Assembly (NCBI GenBank): GCA_030704615.1
Contig: CM060731.1
Coordinates: 71,858,001-71,922,000 of the forward strand
Direction: 5' to 3'
DNA: 64,000 nt
DNA from: Takakia lepidozioides
Lineage: Eukaryota > Plantae > Bryophyta
Positions 49,272-62,538 of this stretch are shown in pieces. The notes under the pieces were generated by a model. The model had not been told where the DNA came from. It saw nothing but the letters and a program-made list of their open reading frames with translations, and did no database searches. Position numbers and translations under genes: made by a program. Position 1 is the stretch's first letter. Every line of letters begins with the position of its first letter.

Positions 49272-50141
49272 ATATGCACGGAATTATTTATCGCAAAATG
49301 CTCTTTCAACCCCTGCTTTTGGTGCAATACGGATCGTTTGTGCGTTCTCTAGCTTGGCTCGCGCAAGGAATGAGAAGCAGAGCGCGCTGGATGGCGGGGC
49401 GCAGGGATGCACCATCTCTCCCACCCTTTGCTCCGCTGCTTTTATGAAACACTTTGTTCATCAGGTTTTGGATCAAGAGCCGAGGCTGAAGAACAGGCCT
49501 TCCACATCTTGTGTTGTGGTGCCGGGGAGGTAGCGGAAGAGCAGAATGTGATTGGTAATGGTGGGGGACTGGAGAGAGAGGGATAGAGAGATGTACATAC
49601 TGGAGCATCAAATTATGGTTTTCACTGATGCGTGATGCTTGAAGCTGGATGCACTCGGCGATGCAGTCAATTCTGGTATCGGGTCGAAGTGCACGAGGTG
49701 GGTTGTTCCCAAAAATATCTTCTCCTACTCTCTCATTGACTGGTGGGGATGCAGCGTTCTCCGGCGTTGTTCGGAGCGCGCATGTGGACCCAAGGCCCTG
49801 TCTTCTGGATTCGGTCATGCCAGAGGCATCACATTATCAGCAGATTCAGAGCTGGGCTGTGGAGTCGAAAGCGGGATCCTCCTTGTCAAGGCCCCAAGCA
49901 CTCACTCCCTTGGAAGTGGTGGCTATGGCGCCTCCCCAAGCCTTCAGTACTGCCAACGGGAGTCAGTCATAGCTCATAACATCAAACACTTCGCGGTTTC
50001 TTTATGTGAGGTGGCTGTATTATATGAACCCGTGAATTGTCCTTTGGCTTAACCAGCACCTAGTAATCTGGTCGAAGAAGTACACCTATAATGGGAAGAA
50101 TTGCCCTATTGAATATCTGGCATCTAGATCAGCACTGGAGC

Positions 50142-50900
50142 ATGGAACAGCGCTGACAGGAGTTCTTTAAAGATCCGTCACAATGGTGCGACTGCAGCTT
50201 TGGCAATGTTCTTTATGTTGAATCTGAAGGAGTCTTTCAGGAAGGATTTTTATTGACTCTGTTATTGTGAACTAGATAGTACCCCTAGTTGTTGAATGAA
50301 GTAATAATCTCGGTTTTTTCTGGAAAAAGGCTCTTACTGTTAGTAGTTAGTAGCTTAGTTTGCTCTTCCTAAGCAGGCCATGAAAATAGGAAATTCAAGG
50401 TTTTTTCCCCTGCTGTTGGCAAAGTGCTTGGAAGGGTTGGTGTTTGCGTCTTGGTCTTACGAAGCTGTGGTTAAACTGTGGCTGCTCAGCTGCACCCTGG
50501 TGGATTTCGCAGACCAATTCAGGATCATTGGACTACAGTCATAAGCAGCACACACAAGAGATCCTTTGGATTGAGGGTTGGTCGAATACTCCTTAGGTGA
50601 AAGAATCATGACACAAGGACATGCTCAATGTGGTGAGGGCATCTTCCTCTTATGAGATACTTTCTATCGTGGGTTTTCGAAGTTCGCTCAGCGCAAAGAT
50701 CTATGGTAGTTCCAAGTGTCTTACACAGTTGTTGCCAAGGGGTTGCACAAAAATGTCCGAAAATGTACATTCGGGAGAAGCTTTGGATGGGATATTTTTC
50801 AAAACCCATTCAAAGGTGGATAATCAGTGCAGTGGTGAATGCCACTTCTGTTGCAGCAGAAGCAGACAACAAGATGCATTCAAAAACTTTCTTGCAGAGT
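50142..50900 (+). pseudogene. OSB/PDF-motif pseudogene copy 1, with a possible degenerate PPR downstream
   Basis: MEQR*QEFFKDPSQWCDC, an intron, then TNSGSLDYSHKQHTQEILWIEGWSNTP*V. Confidence 0.6.
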
Positions 50901-52744
50901 GTCACCCTCCCTCGCTCCCCCATACATCTGTAAGGTCCTGTCAGCAATTCAGCATAGAACCTAGTGTGGTGTAAGTAGGGTTGGGGTGTTTGCTATGTTA
51001 GACAGATGGTAAGATAGATAGTAAGATATATATATAAAGGTATGAGAGTGAAATATATACATATATATAAAGGATTACAGATTTCTGCTGATATGATAGT
51101 TCTCTTTACGTTCTTGTGTCAATGATTGATTTGGTTACTTAACTGGTATACTGTTCACGCTTTCTAGGTGTGAATCACGTTGTACCTATATATGTAACTA
51201 CCTTTAACTACTAACTTAATAACCTAGTGGATCTTACTATCCTTCAAACATGCTAGATAAATTCTAGGTAGTCATTGTTAGCAACTAGCAGCAATGGGGA
51301 GGCAGAGGATAGCTGAAGGAGAGAAAGATGGAGTGTGGGTTCAGATCTATCCAAGAGAGCCACATTTCAAGCACAAGAGTACCAATGAGCCACTCTAGAT
51401 TGATAACTACAAGAAAACTGCATGGTAGTTGGTCAACTGGATGGAGGAGCAGCACAGTTAATAGAACCAGGCACATCCTCATGACCACTGCTTCCAAAAG
51501 AGACCAAGGGAGGGAGCCACAGGATCTTTTCTGGCAATTGTGGGCATGTGAGACATTATGTGAGGCAACAATGTAAGCTTACTGCAAGCATGCGATTTCT
51601 GAGAGACATAGTAGACCAGTTTCGAGTTTTGGCAGGTAAAAGCTTCCCCACCCTCTCTAGAGCGACACAGATTGGAGTGACAGCATACACTGGAGTGACA
51701 CGAAATGGGGTGACATCACTGGACTGACACCAGAGCGACAGCACACTCCAATTGGTGTAACTCAGAAATTAAACTGAAAAAAAGACAGCAGACATGCAGG
51801 GATCAAGGTAACATATCAATCCAGCAAGAACCAAGCCCTGCACCTCATAGTTCTCATCACGAATGCCTTACCAACAAACCACTCCTCACTATAAGCAGTA
51901 ATCTAAAATGTTTAATAGTTAGTCCAGGGGTAAGAGGAGGTGGGGACGATTTGACAGGGGGAGCCTATCTCACTGCCGGAAACAATTCCCAAGGACAAGC
52001 AAACCCAAGAGACAACATCTTGGAGCAATCATCCCTTGCAATCCGCTCCCCCTCCTTGCCATCTTCAATTTTCTCACTCTGACTGGGAGAGTTCAAAGGC
52101 CATCCAACATCTCCAGACTGAAGACGTAAGTTGGTTTTGCATCTGTGTAAGTTTGGGTATGTTCGTTTGTTCCTCATCGTGTAAAGCCCAATGGAGCCCA
52201 AAGTGACTTGCATGATTGTAGTTGAAAACTCACTCGCACCACTCCATAAAGGAGCTTGTAAAAATGTTGATGCTGTCGTTTCGGGCACAAGGGTCTACCG
52301 TGGAGCATAGAGCAGAGTTGGCATGAGTTTTTTAAAGATCCTTCGCTCTGGTGGGACAACCGCAATCGCAAAAGAAGCTTCACAACTTGCACAGCAAGCT
52401 CAAAGAGCTTATCATTAAGAAAAAACCAAAAACAAGAAAGTGGACATCTCAACAATCAGCCACCACCAAAAACTGTACAATCGACTTAGAGAGTCTCAAA
52501 GGTAAAAAAGTCTCTTGGTAGATGTATCACAATACATCTTTGATCCCCCTAATGGAACTCCTCTCAAAAATGTAATGAAATGGAACTTTACAATGTGAGA
52601 AAGACAACACCAAAAAAACCTCAATCAAGTTGGTTAAGTAGGACAGTGGAGAAATGAACACAATATTGAAATACCTAGTTATTGATCAGTCCTACAAGTC
52701 CTCGGTTTAAACAATGGCGTCCTATTTCCTTATTGTAGTCGTAA

Positions 52745-52979
52745 TATTGTAGAAGCGGTGGGGTGACGTGTGAGCAGTGTGAGGCAACAATCATAAGGAC
52801 ATATCACGAGATCATATCCTGAGATGATCTCGTGACGGAAGGATCCAATTATTCTGCCTATGTTCTAGATGTTGGAAAACTATTTCCAGAAAAGTATTTC
52901 CCCATGAGATGATCTTGGGATATATCAGTACAATTGTTGCCCCACAATGCTCAAACATCACCCCACCGCTTCTACAATA
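52745..52979. mobile_element. Small foldback MITE
   Basis: Perfect 22-bp IR TATTGTAGAAGCGGTGGGGTGA / TCACCCCACCGCTTCTACAATA, with further imperfect pairing inside. Confidence 0.75.
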
Positions 52980-53659
52980 ATATGAATACGATAACCCTTA
53001 AGCGCCCAAATTGGGCTTTTAGGTTCATTTGATTGTTAATAACAAACAAGACATCATTGTCCCCTTCCTAAGTAGATCCAGATCCATACCTCTTTCATTA
53101 CCAACTATCACAAGGAGGATTACCATGAAATGGGGATCATCTCAGTTGGTACCTTCAATGAAACATGAGTACATCAGTTTTAACAGAACATGCTTAACTA
53201 CACAATATCTTAGTCTAGATCACATCAATAAGTATAGTGAGTAGTCTGAAGATCAAGAAAATGATGGAGTAGTCACTGATCAAAAGTTGTCCTATCCTCC
53301 TAAGAAAACTTGCACTTATTCTTCCTATTCACATGAAGCCACTAAGTGCAAGAAGGTAATCGGAGTTTAGAGAACTAACAATGTTGTGGAAGCACAAAGA
53401 GCCCTTCAATATGTGAATGCCCTTCAAAAATACCCACAAAACCAGTGCATGCGCCTCCTACATGTCAAAGCCCTGGCACAATAGCACAACATTTCCATCT
53501 GCAACCATGAGCAACTTTGCTATACAAGAAACCTTCAATATGTGAGGGCTAAGAGACAACTAGTGCGTGCGCTTCAGATGAGGTGATATGTAACAGATGA
53601 GAGTGTAGAGTGTGAATAGGAAAGAGGTATATATACCCACGTCCCACACCCGCTTTGAG

Positions 53660-54130
53660 AGCCTCACAGCCTCGATCTGACCTCAAGGAACATGGCATTA
53701 TTCATTGGCACAGGCCACGATCCCTCGACAGCCTCAACAGCCTCGATCTGATCTCAAGGAACATGGCATTATTCATTTGCACAGCCACGACCCCTCGACA
53801 GCCTCGATCTGATCTCAAGGAACATGGCATTATTCATGTGCACAGCCACGACCCCTCGATAGCCCAGACAGCCTCGACAGCCTCGATCTGATCTCAAGGA
53901 ACATGGCATTATTCATTTGCACAGGCCACATCCCTTGACAGCTTCGATAGCCTCAATCTGATCTCAACATGGAACATGTCATTATTCATTGGCACAGGCC
54001 ACAATCCCTCGACAGCCTCAACAGCCTCGACAGTGTAGCTAGCTTGATCCCATCTCAGCATGGCATTGTTCCACGGCACATGCCATGACCCCTCGGCAGC
54101 CTAGCTGACTCGATCCCATCTTAGCATGGC
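53660..54130. repeat. ~60-80-bp tandem repeat
   Basis: CAGCCTCGATCTGATCTCAAGGAACATGGCATTATTCAT... about 5 clear copies plus degenerate ones. Confidence 0.9.
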
Positions 54131-54425
54131 ATTTGTGGATTTCTCAATGGACGATGTGAAGAAGTTTGTCCCGCCTGCAAATAGGGCTTTTCTTATTTAG
54201 TATCATTTCTCCTGGTATTGACAAGGTACTTGGGAGGGTCGGCTTGTTATTAGGAGGGCGTGTATCAATCTATGGTTGCTCAGCTGCACCATGGTGGTTC
54301 TCACAGACCAATCCGAGATCACCTGACTACAGACACAAGCAGCACACGCAACGGGTCCTTTTGGGTTGATGGTCGGTTGATTCCTCCATGGGTCACATGT
54401 GACACAAGGTCAAGGACACCTTCTT

Positions 54426-55356
54426 AGGTTGAGGATGAACTTGACTATTGATGACTTTATTCATGCACCAGCGTTGAGCGTGAACGAGCTGCACAAACTC
54501 CTCCGCCGGGATTCCGGAATTCATTGATGGGGAAAAAGAATCCACCATATGGGTATTTGCAATTGCATTTTGATGCATTAGACTTTGTTTTGCAGTGTAA
54601 TGAATTGCACCCCAAAACTCCTGGAATGAGACAGACAATATTAAAGTGATGTCGTTTAAACACTAGGGACTGTTGGATATCCGTTGACGTCCAGTGGCAA
54701 TTCAATGTCGAAACAGAATCAATACAAAGATGGCGGCATGAAAAATTTGCAAATCTTCCAGAAAACTGAGTTCCAACAGTTGCAGTTGAGAGGGCCATTT
54801 CTGGAAAAATGGCACCGAATTTCTTTTTTTTGGGCCGAAAACTAGCTAAGTCCCAACATTGTCTGGAAACGACGTCTGGAAAAATGGCGCCGAATTTCCA
54901 GTTACATGGCCCAGAACTGCCCAATATTTGTGCAATGCCCGACACCATGTACCGAAATTCGGCGCCACATTTCCAAATTTTGGGCTTACACTTCAATGAA
55001 GTTGGGACCTATAACCGCGAAATTCGGCACCAATTTTCGGCGGAGACACCTATTACCGCGCAATACGTCGCCGATTTTTCTGCTTGCGGAACCTATTACC
55101 GCGAAATTCGGCGCCATTTTTGCAGATGTCGCTCGGAATTCGCATGAGCGGAAGACAAAATATCATGAGCACGGCTCTCAAAACTACAATTTCTGCTTCA
55201 AACAATGAATACTTTTTATTTTTATTTTTTATTTTTTTCTGACACATCCCATTAAAATAAGGTTTTTGAATGTTTTTTATTTGCAGAATTTGTACTTCTG
55301 CTCATGAAAACCGATTGTCTTACTACTCCGCTCATGCTCATGAAATAGCAATGTCT
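54426..55356. mobile_element. Truncated, inverted terminal fragment of the same MULE family
   Basis: Reverse complement of ~33613-34490: transposase tail TIDDFIHAPALSVNELHKLLRRDS, GGCGCC palindromes and the TIR GCTCATGAAATAGCAA. Confidence 0.9.
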
Positions 55357-55363
55357 TGCTACC

Positions 55364-56165
55364 ATGGCCACTACTCATGTTGCGCCAGCTCCAAGGCCTG
55401 AGGTTCAAGCCCCACCTGCACAACCTCCTAACTATGCCGATGCATTACCTACAGCAGACCAAATTGGTATGGGCTTCATGTGTGGAGCCGCACTTGTAGG
55501 GCCATTGCATGTGGACTCTGTAGCTGCCATCACTCGAGCAGCAACTTCTGCTCCTGAGCCAAGGGGAGCGGATGTGGATTTTGATCCACACAGAGAGGAA
55601 GCAAGTCGACAGACAAGGCTTCCCCAATCTTTCACATTGGCCAAGACAGTGCCAACCACACCATCGATGGTGTCGGCTCGTCCAAGTGTGTCAGAGGTAG
55701 AGTCACGAGTGTCATTGGGAAGAGTTGGTGTAGCTCGGAAGATGCCAGTGGATACTACTGGGAGACAAGGTACAGCCAGTACATTGTTGGGGGCGGCTAC
55801 GGCGGTTTGCCAAGCTCCATTGTTTTCTGCAATGACCGTTGCAATGACGGGGATTCGGCCAACTGCTGTGTTCAGACTAGTAACTAGACTATGCGAGAGT
55901 GGTGATGCATCGGCACTATCTGCGGGGATAACGGATAAGGTGCAGTGCATGGATGCCTTGGATTTAAGGGTGAAGACAGCCATAGCTGCATCATGGCAAG
56001 CGGCAACTACAAGGTTGCAGGAGTTGTCAGCTAGACCAGCCATTGAGCGTAGTATGGTGACTCCTGGGGTATTCCTGGTGGACAATCGGGATGGTGTGTT
56101 TCAGTTGGGTGGCCCAGCCGGGAGGAGGTATAGGCCACTGCGGGTCTTGTTGGACTCGGGAGCAC
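55364..56165 (+). pseudogene. Ty3/gypsy gag-protease fragment truncated by a CACTA insertion
   Basis: The ORF reaches the aspartic protease motif RVLLDSGA, immediately followed by CACTA. Confidence 0.7.
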
Positions 56166-57218
56166 CACTAGAAGAAAAACGCGGAATAACCACTCTGTTA
56201 ACCACTCATTTTGAGTGATAAAAGATACTAAACCACTCTGGCCCTAGAGTGATGAAGAACTAGTGCATTAGGACAAGTGAGTGGTAAAAGACATTACGTG
56301 GCACCGGTGGTTAAGGACAGTGGTTCGAACCACTCAGGTCCGGGTCCACCTGTTAGCTGACGTGTCACAATGGTAAATTAACCATTGTGACATGTCAATG
56401 ACGTGTCACTGAGGTAAACCAACCACTTATGACGTGTCACAGTGATAAATTGACGTGTCATAGTGGTAAAGTAACCACTTCCGTTTTGTAGTGGAGACAT
56501 GTAAGCCGGTGGTCCGTGGATGATATTGGAGATTATGTTGACACGTGACGACACTCTCAGCATGGACACGTGTCGTGTGTCAGTGCTACGAAGTGGATGG
56601 AGTGAAAAATTCAATGACTTCCGAAACCACTTGTTGAGTGACCACAAAATGACTCATAGAGTCATTCTATGAAAACTGAGAATATACAATATCACTCACA
56701 GAGTGGTTATGTGAGTGGATGATGTCTCTCAGTAGGTCATTGGAATGATTACCCACAGAGTGGTGTGTAAGCTATTTGAGTCATTCATGGTGTCTCTCTG
56801 AGTGGGAACTATGGATTGGAGTCATTACTAACAGAGTGGTGTGTAAGTGATTAGGAATACCACTAGAGAAATTCATACCACTAGTACAATAATATATATG
56901 TGACTACTTATACCACTATACAAGTGGTAATGTAGACAATTGTGTGCATTTGGCTACTCCCACAGTTTTAAATTATACCACTATTACAGTGATGTGCAAG
57001 TGATTATGAACATGACTAGAGGAACACATACCACTAGTGTAGTGTTTAAAGAAGTACCATTGGGGATTCAAGCTCCACAAAATAGAATAGAATCCCAGAG
57101 AGTTAAGTGCTGGAACACTGTCAACAAAATCCAGCCATGATAAAAGCACTAAGCCTAACTTGTACATGGTGTCTCCACATGCATGCTAGGAACACTGAAC
57201 TGCTTTCATGCTTTCTTC

Positions 57219-60173
57219 TCACTGCCAACAATGTCTATGCCCGGGCGAACAAAATCTAAGCCTCTTCATGTTCTTCTCTGGCCAAAGACAATTCAGACCA
57301 ACGACATCCTCCAACATTGTTTGCGGTGGGACCTCTTCCTCGTTAGGGTGAGGCAAGACACAATTGGCAATATAGATATCATTCACCTCAACCCGCCACA
57401 ATCCCTCAGATATAACACGGCAGTGATATGTATCTTTGTCAGGCACACCAGTGACAATTCCACTAGCAGCCATGTGTCGTGGTAAATGAGGATCATACAT
57501 GCTGATTTTGTCCTTCAACTTAAACTGCACACAACACCCACCATAAAACCCACATTAATCAACCCATGAAGACATACATGTACATTGAAAACTAGATAAT
57601 GAGGACCGCCCAGTATAAGCAATCACTAAAAGTGTAAAGTACTTTTGGTAGCATAAGAATATCTGCCACTGTGGCAGGGGGTTGATATTTGGGGGTTGCC
57701 TTTGAAGGCGCCGCAGTTGGTGCACTATCAGTGACAGTATCAAGAGCGGCTTTCTCAGCCTGCAAACATCACGCCCAACACCCCTTAGCAGTTTCATTTA
57801 GCAATGCATCTACTAATAGTTTGAAGTACCCAACATGTAAATGGCCACATTGTACAGAACTGATAGCCAACAGGTGCATGCATACTCACCTCTAGTACGG
57901 AAACTGCTGCATGGAGAGGTGCCTCCTGAAGGCCCACCTAACTCTTACTCCCACTAGAACTTGGTGTTATGTCACCATTTGCATCAGTCAAGGACTTTGT
58001 GCCTTTGGCAGTAGTGGCTCTGGTTACACGCTCTCCTTTTCGCATGTACTTTTTCTCAGCTACCTTCACGATGGCTGGGGCAGGGTCCTCTGCTTTAGTC
58101 CCCTTCTACATGCCAACAAAACAACAAGGTATAGTACATGAGTACGTCTTACCATACCTGATGCATAGAATTCATGGCACACACCAATAAATAGATCATT
58201 CATGAAATGTTTTCAGAATAAAAAACAGAAAGCCCAAGGACAGGAACCAAGACAAAGTCTTTGAGGGCGTACCTCTTTCTGTGGGGAAGTTGGCTTCACA
58301 TGCTGATCTGCCAACCCCCTACTGTCATCCTTACCAGCACTCTCGGTGGAGTAGACGTCCTCACCAGCAGCCAATATTGTTGTCTCGCCAGCTCCACCTC
58401 CCTTCTTATGTGGCAATTTATCAGGAATTCCCTTGCGCCCCAATTTTACTTGGGTCACCACAAGGTCCTCAATGGCAGACGACTTTGGCTTTTCCCCAAC
58501 CTCAAGAGGTTCTCCCTGCACCCAAGCAAAACATACCAGAGCAGTAAACTTCAAAGTCAACTAACACTGAATGGATGACAACCACAAAAATAAGTTGGGG
58601 TGAAGGTGCACAAACCACCTTCTCCGTAGCAGTCTTGCCTCCCAAGCTTGCGTCGGAATCGCAAGGTTCAATAACAGTACATATTGAGATAGTAGTTGGA
58701 GGAGGGGCGGTTGTTGACATTCCCAACATCATTGCCATCAATGCATCCAGTTTTTTGCTATTGTCCGCAGAAGCCTTAGCAACTTCTGCTTTTATAGTGG
58801 CCTATTCGCCCTCAATCGTCGGGATCTGAACGTCTGACAAGGCAAGCACACTGCCCTCAAGGGACGACAGTCAAGACTGCATCGCACTGCCCCCTCCCTA
58901 TACAGCCAAAGAAAGACACATAATCAGCCCGCATGGCCTGGCTACTGCTCCAGCAAAATGAATGCAACAAAAAAAAAATACCCACACGCCATTTACCTGT
59001 GCACCTCCAATTGACTGGGAGCCTAAACCCTTATCTGCCTTCGATGTGTGTGCCAGCTCAGTGATGCTTGGACTTCGTGCTCTCTCTTTCTTCTGCCAGG
59101 GCCACAACAAAAAAAAAAAATTAGCCCCTATTCATCCAAACAAGTGGGGCGTTTACAGAGGCATGACTGTAGTGACAATTTGCAACTACCTCACAGGGCA
59201 GAGATGGCATCCTACTCCATCACATACATGTGTATATATGTACATACATATAGATGTATACATATACTAAAATGTGGTGCAGATATTCATATTACCAAGC
59301 GTCGGGTCTGTCCAGCCAACCCTGCTCTTCCAACCCTCGATGGGTTGGTGACATTGGATCGTGCTCTCTTCATGTTCTCACTCTCTTTCTTGCCCTTGGG
59401 GGAATCCCAGTACTTCACCAATGCATCCCAATGGCAGGACTCTATACTTGGAGGGCATGGACCTCCAGCCAACCACACCAGCTTTAACTTTTGGCGGTGT
59501 ACTTTTATAATCCTCCCACATGCTTTTTGGAACTTGTCAACGCTCATAAGTTTAGGATAGTACTCAAAATCCGCGTCCATGGATTCCTTAACCTTGGCCA
59601 TGTCACTGGGTTCCTGCTTGTCTGCTAGCAAAATGCTAGGATCAAGATATCTGATGCAGAGTCCCCGCAAGGAGCTTTGCTAGTAATTCTTCCCCTCACA
59701 CCCCTGGTCTACTTCCCCCTTAGAGTTTAGTTGTACCTTGTGCGGCTTCAGCCCAACAGATTTGCGGGCTTTCGCATCAGTTTCATGTTCTTTTGCAGCC
59801 AGCTTTTTTTATCTTTTTTTGTTTGCAGTCTGCGACGCCACATCCCTTGTTGTGTGGAATCTTGATCATCACCAACAGGGGGGGTGAATGGAGGAGCAGC
59901 ACCATTAAAAGGGGGGCCTGCCCACTGCCCACCAGCGGCGTTGCATGGAGGGCCCCAAGTTTGGGCACCTCCTTGTACCCAAGCTCCTTGGGGTCCTCCA
60001 TTGGACCCACTTGGAATCCATGACCACGTGTTCGTCGTCTGTGGAGGGGCCATGGGCTGCTGCCAGGTAGGTGCTCCTTGCTGCAGCCACGTTTGCCCAC
60101 CTCTGGATTGCACCCATGGGCCATTTGGGCCTTGTTGCACCCATGTCGTAGGTGGACCAGTAGCATTCGCCAC
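57219..60173 (-). pseudogene. CACTA ORF2 (TnpA/Ptta-like) exons
   Basis: CPPSIESCHWDALVKYWDSPKGKKESENMKRARSNVTNPSRVGRAG (Transposase_24-like); final exon WRVEVNDIYIANCVLPHP..MLEDVVGLNCLWPEKNM (Tnp1-like). Confidence 0.8.
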
Positions 60174-61001
60174 AGCCTCAGTCCCCCCTTCCTTTGCGCG
60201 CTTTGATGCAGCCTAACACAAGCCCCTCCACCCCACAAAGTTAGCAATGAGGGAAAATAAGGCCAACCGGGCAACGAGCAAGGTCGGCAGTTCGTGAACG
60301 CATACAAACCTTGGCCCAACGTGCCAAGAAAAGTTTGGCATCCAATGGCGTGAATGCATGGAATGTCATGCTCTGGCGCCCTAGCAATGTCCCACATCCA
60401 TTCAGTATTAACACCCTAACACATGTTCTAACCCTTTGAAATTTAATCCAGCAATCAAGCCATACATAGTCCAACTCGTAAGCCATTCATCTTTCTAACA
60501 AAGTTTCCAGGTCATTCACATTTAGGAAAGAACCAAGGTTTGATATATAACATTTACCACCATATATGCAGATTGTAAACTCATCACAAAAGCTGATTGC
60601 AGGTCTGGAGATAAATCTCCGGAACCAGGCTCAAAGCATATCGGGTTCGAAATGAAACAATCAACCACTCATGCCTTAAGTTCACAAGCCAAACATAGTA
60701 GTAATAGGCTTGGTTATATAAACCAATCACCATCTCAGTCACTGTAAGCATATACATTTCATGAGCCATTCTCCAGCCTCTCCCTCACTCTCAGTCCAGC
60801 CCCACACACTCCCTTCTCCATCAGTTCATCACTCCAAAGATCATTCCTCCGCCATACACCCCAGCCTCTTACTCACTTAGATTTACCCTAAACCTTGCTC
60901 AGTTCTGCCTCTACCTCTGCTTTACACAAAACCCTACCCTAAACCCTAAACATCATGAAAATGCTCAATTGCTTCCACAATCTGAGAGGAATTAAGGGTG
61001 A

Positions 61002-62538
61002 GATTGTACTCATAAGACGTTGTTTGCCGTAGCCTTGTGGCCATTGACCCCGCGCCCAGTTTGAGCGGGAACAAAAGGAACAGAACCCACCTCTGTCAGG
61101 GGCTGACGTTGGTAGCAAGACTTACCTTCATGTAAAGAATTAATCCGGGTTTTCCAGATATCCTCTAGAAATCCCTTCACTCAAGCATCAATCTGCTGTG
61201 TGTGATTTGCCCAAAAACTAGGCCTCAGGAGGGCCTGGGCTTTTGGCTCAGCCTCGAGACTTTCAAAGTTGATAAACAGGGGTACAAGCACAATTCCCTT
61301 GATAGAATTGAAGAGAGCATCTCTTTGGTGAGAGAACCCCGGACAGTGTATCAGAAAATGAATACTGTCTTCAGATTGCCCACACAACGGACAATTGCAC
61401 TCTCCCTTCGTCTCTGCTTCTGTTAGCTTTTCAAAGGTAGGCTTCCTGCCCTGAGTTTAAATTTCAGTCTAGTGCCGAGAGTGGGTAGACCCTTGAGGTC
61501 ATCCAAGATGTCGTCCCTCATGTCACGGACTGGAAACAAGTTCAGGGAAGTTTTCTGCCTAACTTCATTTTCATCAGACAATCTCATGGCAACAAACATG
61601 GCTTTGGACACTACAGCCTCTAAGTCAGATTTATCCAGCAGGGTCAAGACTTGGGGATCCAGGTCCAAGTCCTTGAGAATCTCTTCTACTCTCTTCTACC
61701 AAGACTTAGCCTATTTGACAGGGCGGTCTTGTTTCCAAGATATAGAGTCGATTAACTTAGGATATTTGGTGTTGGGCATATATTGCAGCTGACCCCACCA
61801 TCTGACCTTGAATTCATCTCGTCGGGAGCTTAAGGACGGAATGCCAAACTCACCCCGAATAGCCACATTGGCTATTTTGGAGCATGCTGACATACACTCC
61901 TTAAGCACCCCCACTTGAATGGATTCTACAGACTTAGCCTGGTTGGAGTTATCAACCCATATAGCAGATTCGTACTTCCATGCAGGTCTAATAACGCGAC
62001 AAAGCATGGTTTTCTAAACCTCAGAGTTGACCCCTCTGCAGTGGAAAAATTTAGTGAGCCCCAGACCTTTGCCCTTGCCAGTTTGAACAACTTTCCGGAT
62101 ATGTGCATCCCAATTACAATTGGAGGAAAACTGAATGCCCAGGTAAGTGTAGGGTTTAGGGTGGACCGGGATCTCTTGGGTACCCCACTGCCACTTGATC
62201 ACTTCCTCCCTCTCCTCTGTCGTTGAATGCTACCACTGCACATTTGCTGACATTAGCCTCTAGCCCCCAAAGATCAAAGTATCTCTTCGCACAATCAATC
62301 AACTCCTGGAGATTGGTTGGAGTCTCTCCTACGCCTGCGAAGTCATCCGCAAACATAAGGGCTGGTATGGTGGTATCACCCACCCTTAACCCTAAATCCC
62401 TCACTTTCCACATCCTCGAGGAGTTGATTGATGAAAACATTGAAGAGCAGAGGGGAGAGAGTACATCCTTGAGCTACACCTTGGTCTATGTCAAAGAAGT
62501 TGGACTTCTGTCCGTTAACAGTGACACAACTATGTGAA
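61002..62538 (-). mobile_element. 5'-truncated LINE (RT and C-terminal zinc motif), degenerate
   Basis: QGVAQGCTLSPLLFNVF, PALMFADDFAGV, YTYLGIQF, CGQSEDSIHFLIHCP; 3' end shared with 23334. Confidence 0.9.

Larger units (their letters stand above)
52307..54400 (+). pseudogene. OSB/PDF-motif pseudogene copy 2, split by inserted repeats
   Basis: IEQSWHEFFKDPSLWWDNRNRKRS (52307-52378) and TNPRSPDYRHKQHTQRV(fs)LWVDGRLIPPWVT (54307-54397) together form a PDF motif. Confidence 0.7.

Noticed and set aside
50970-51250. Possible solo LTR (TG...CA, AT-rich)
   Set aside because: No matching TSD or second copy in the window.
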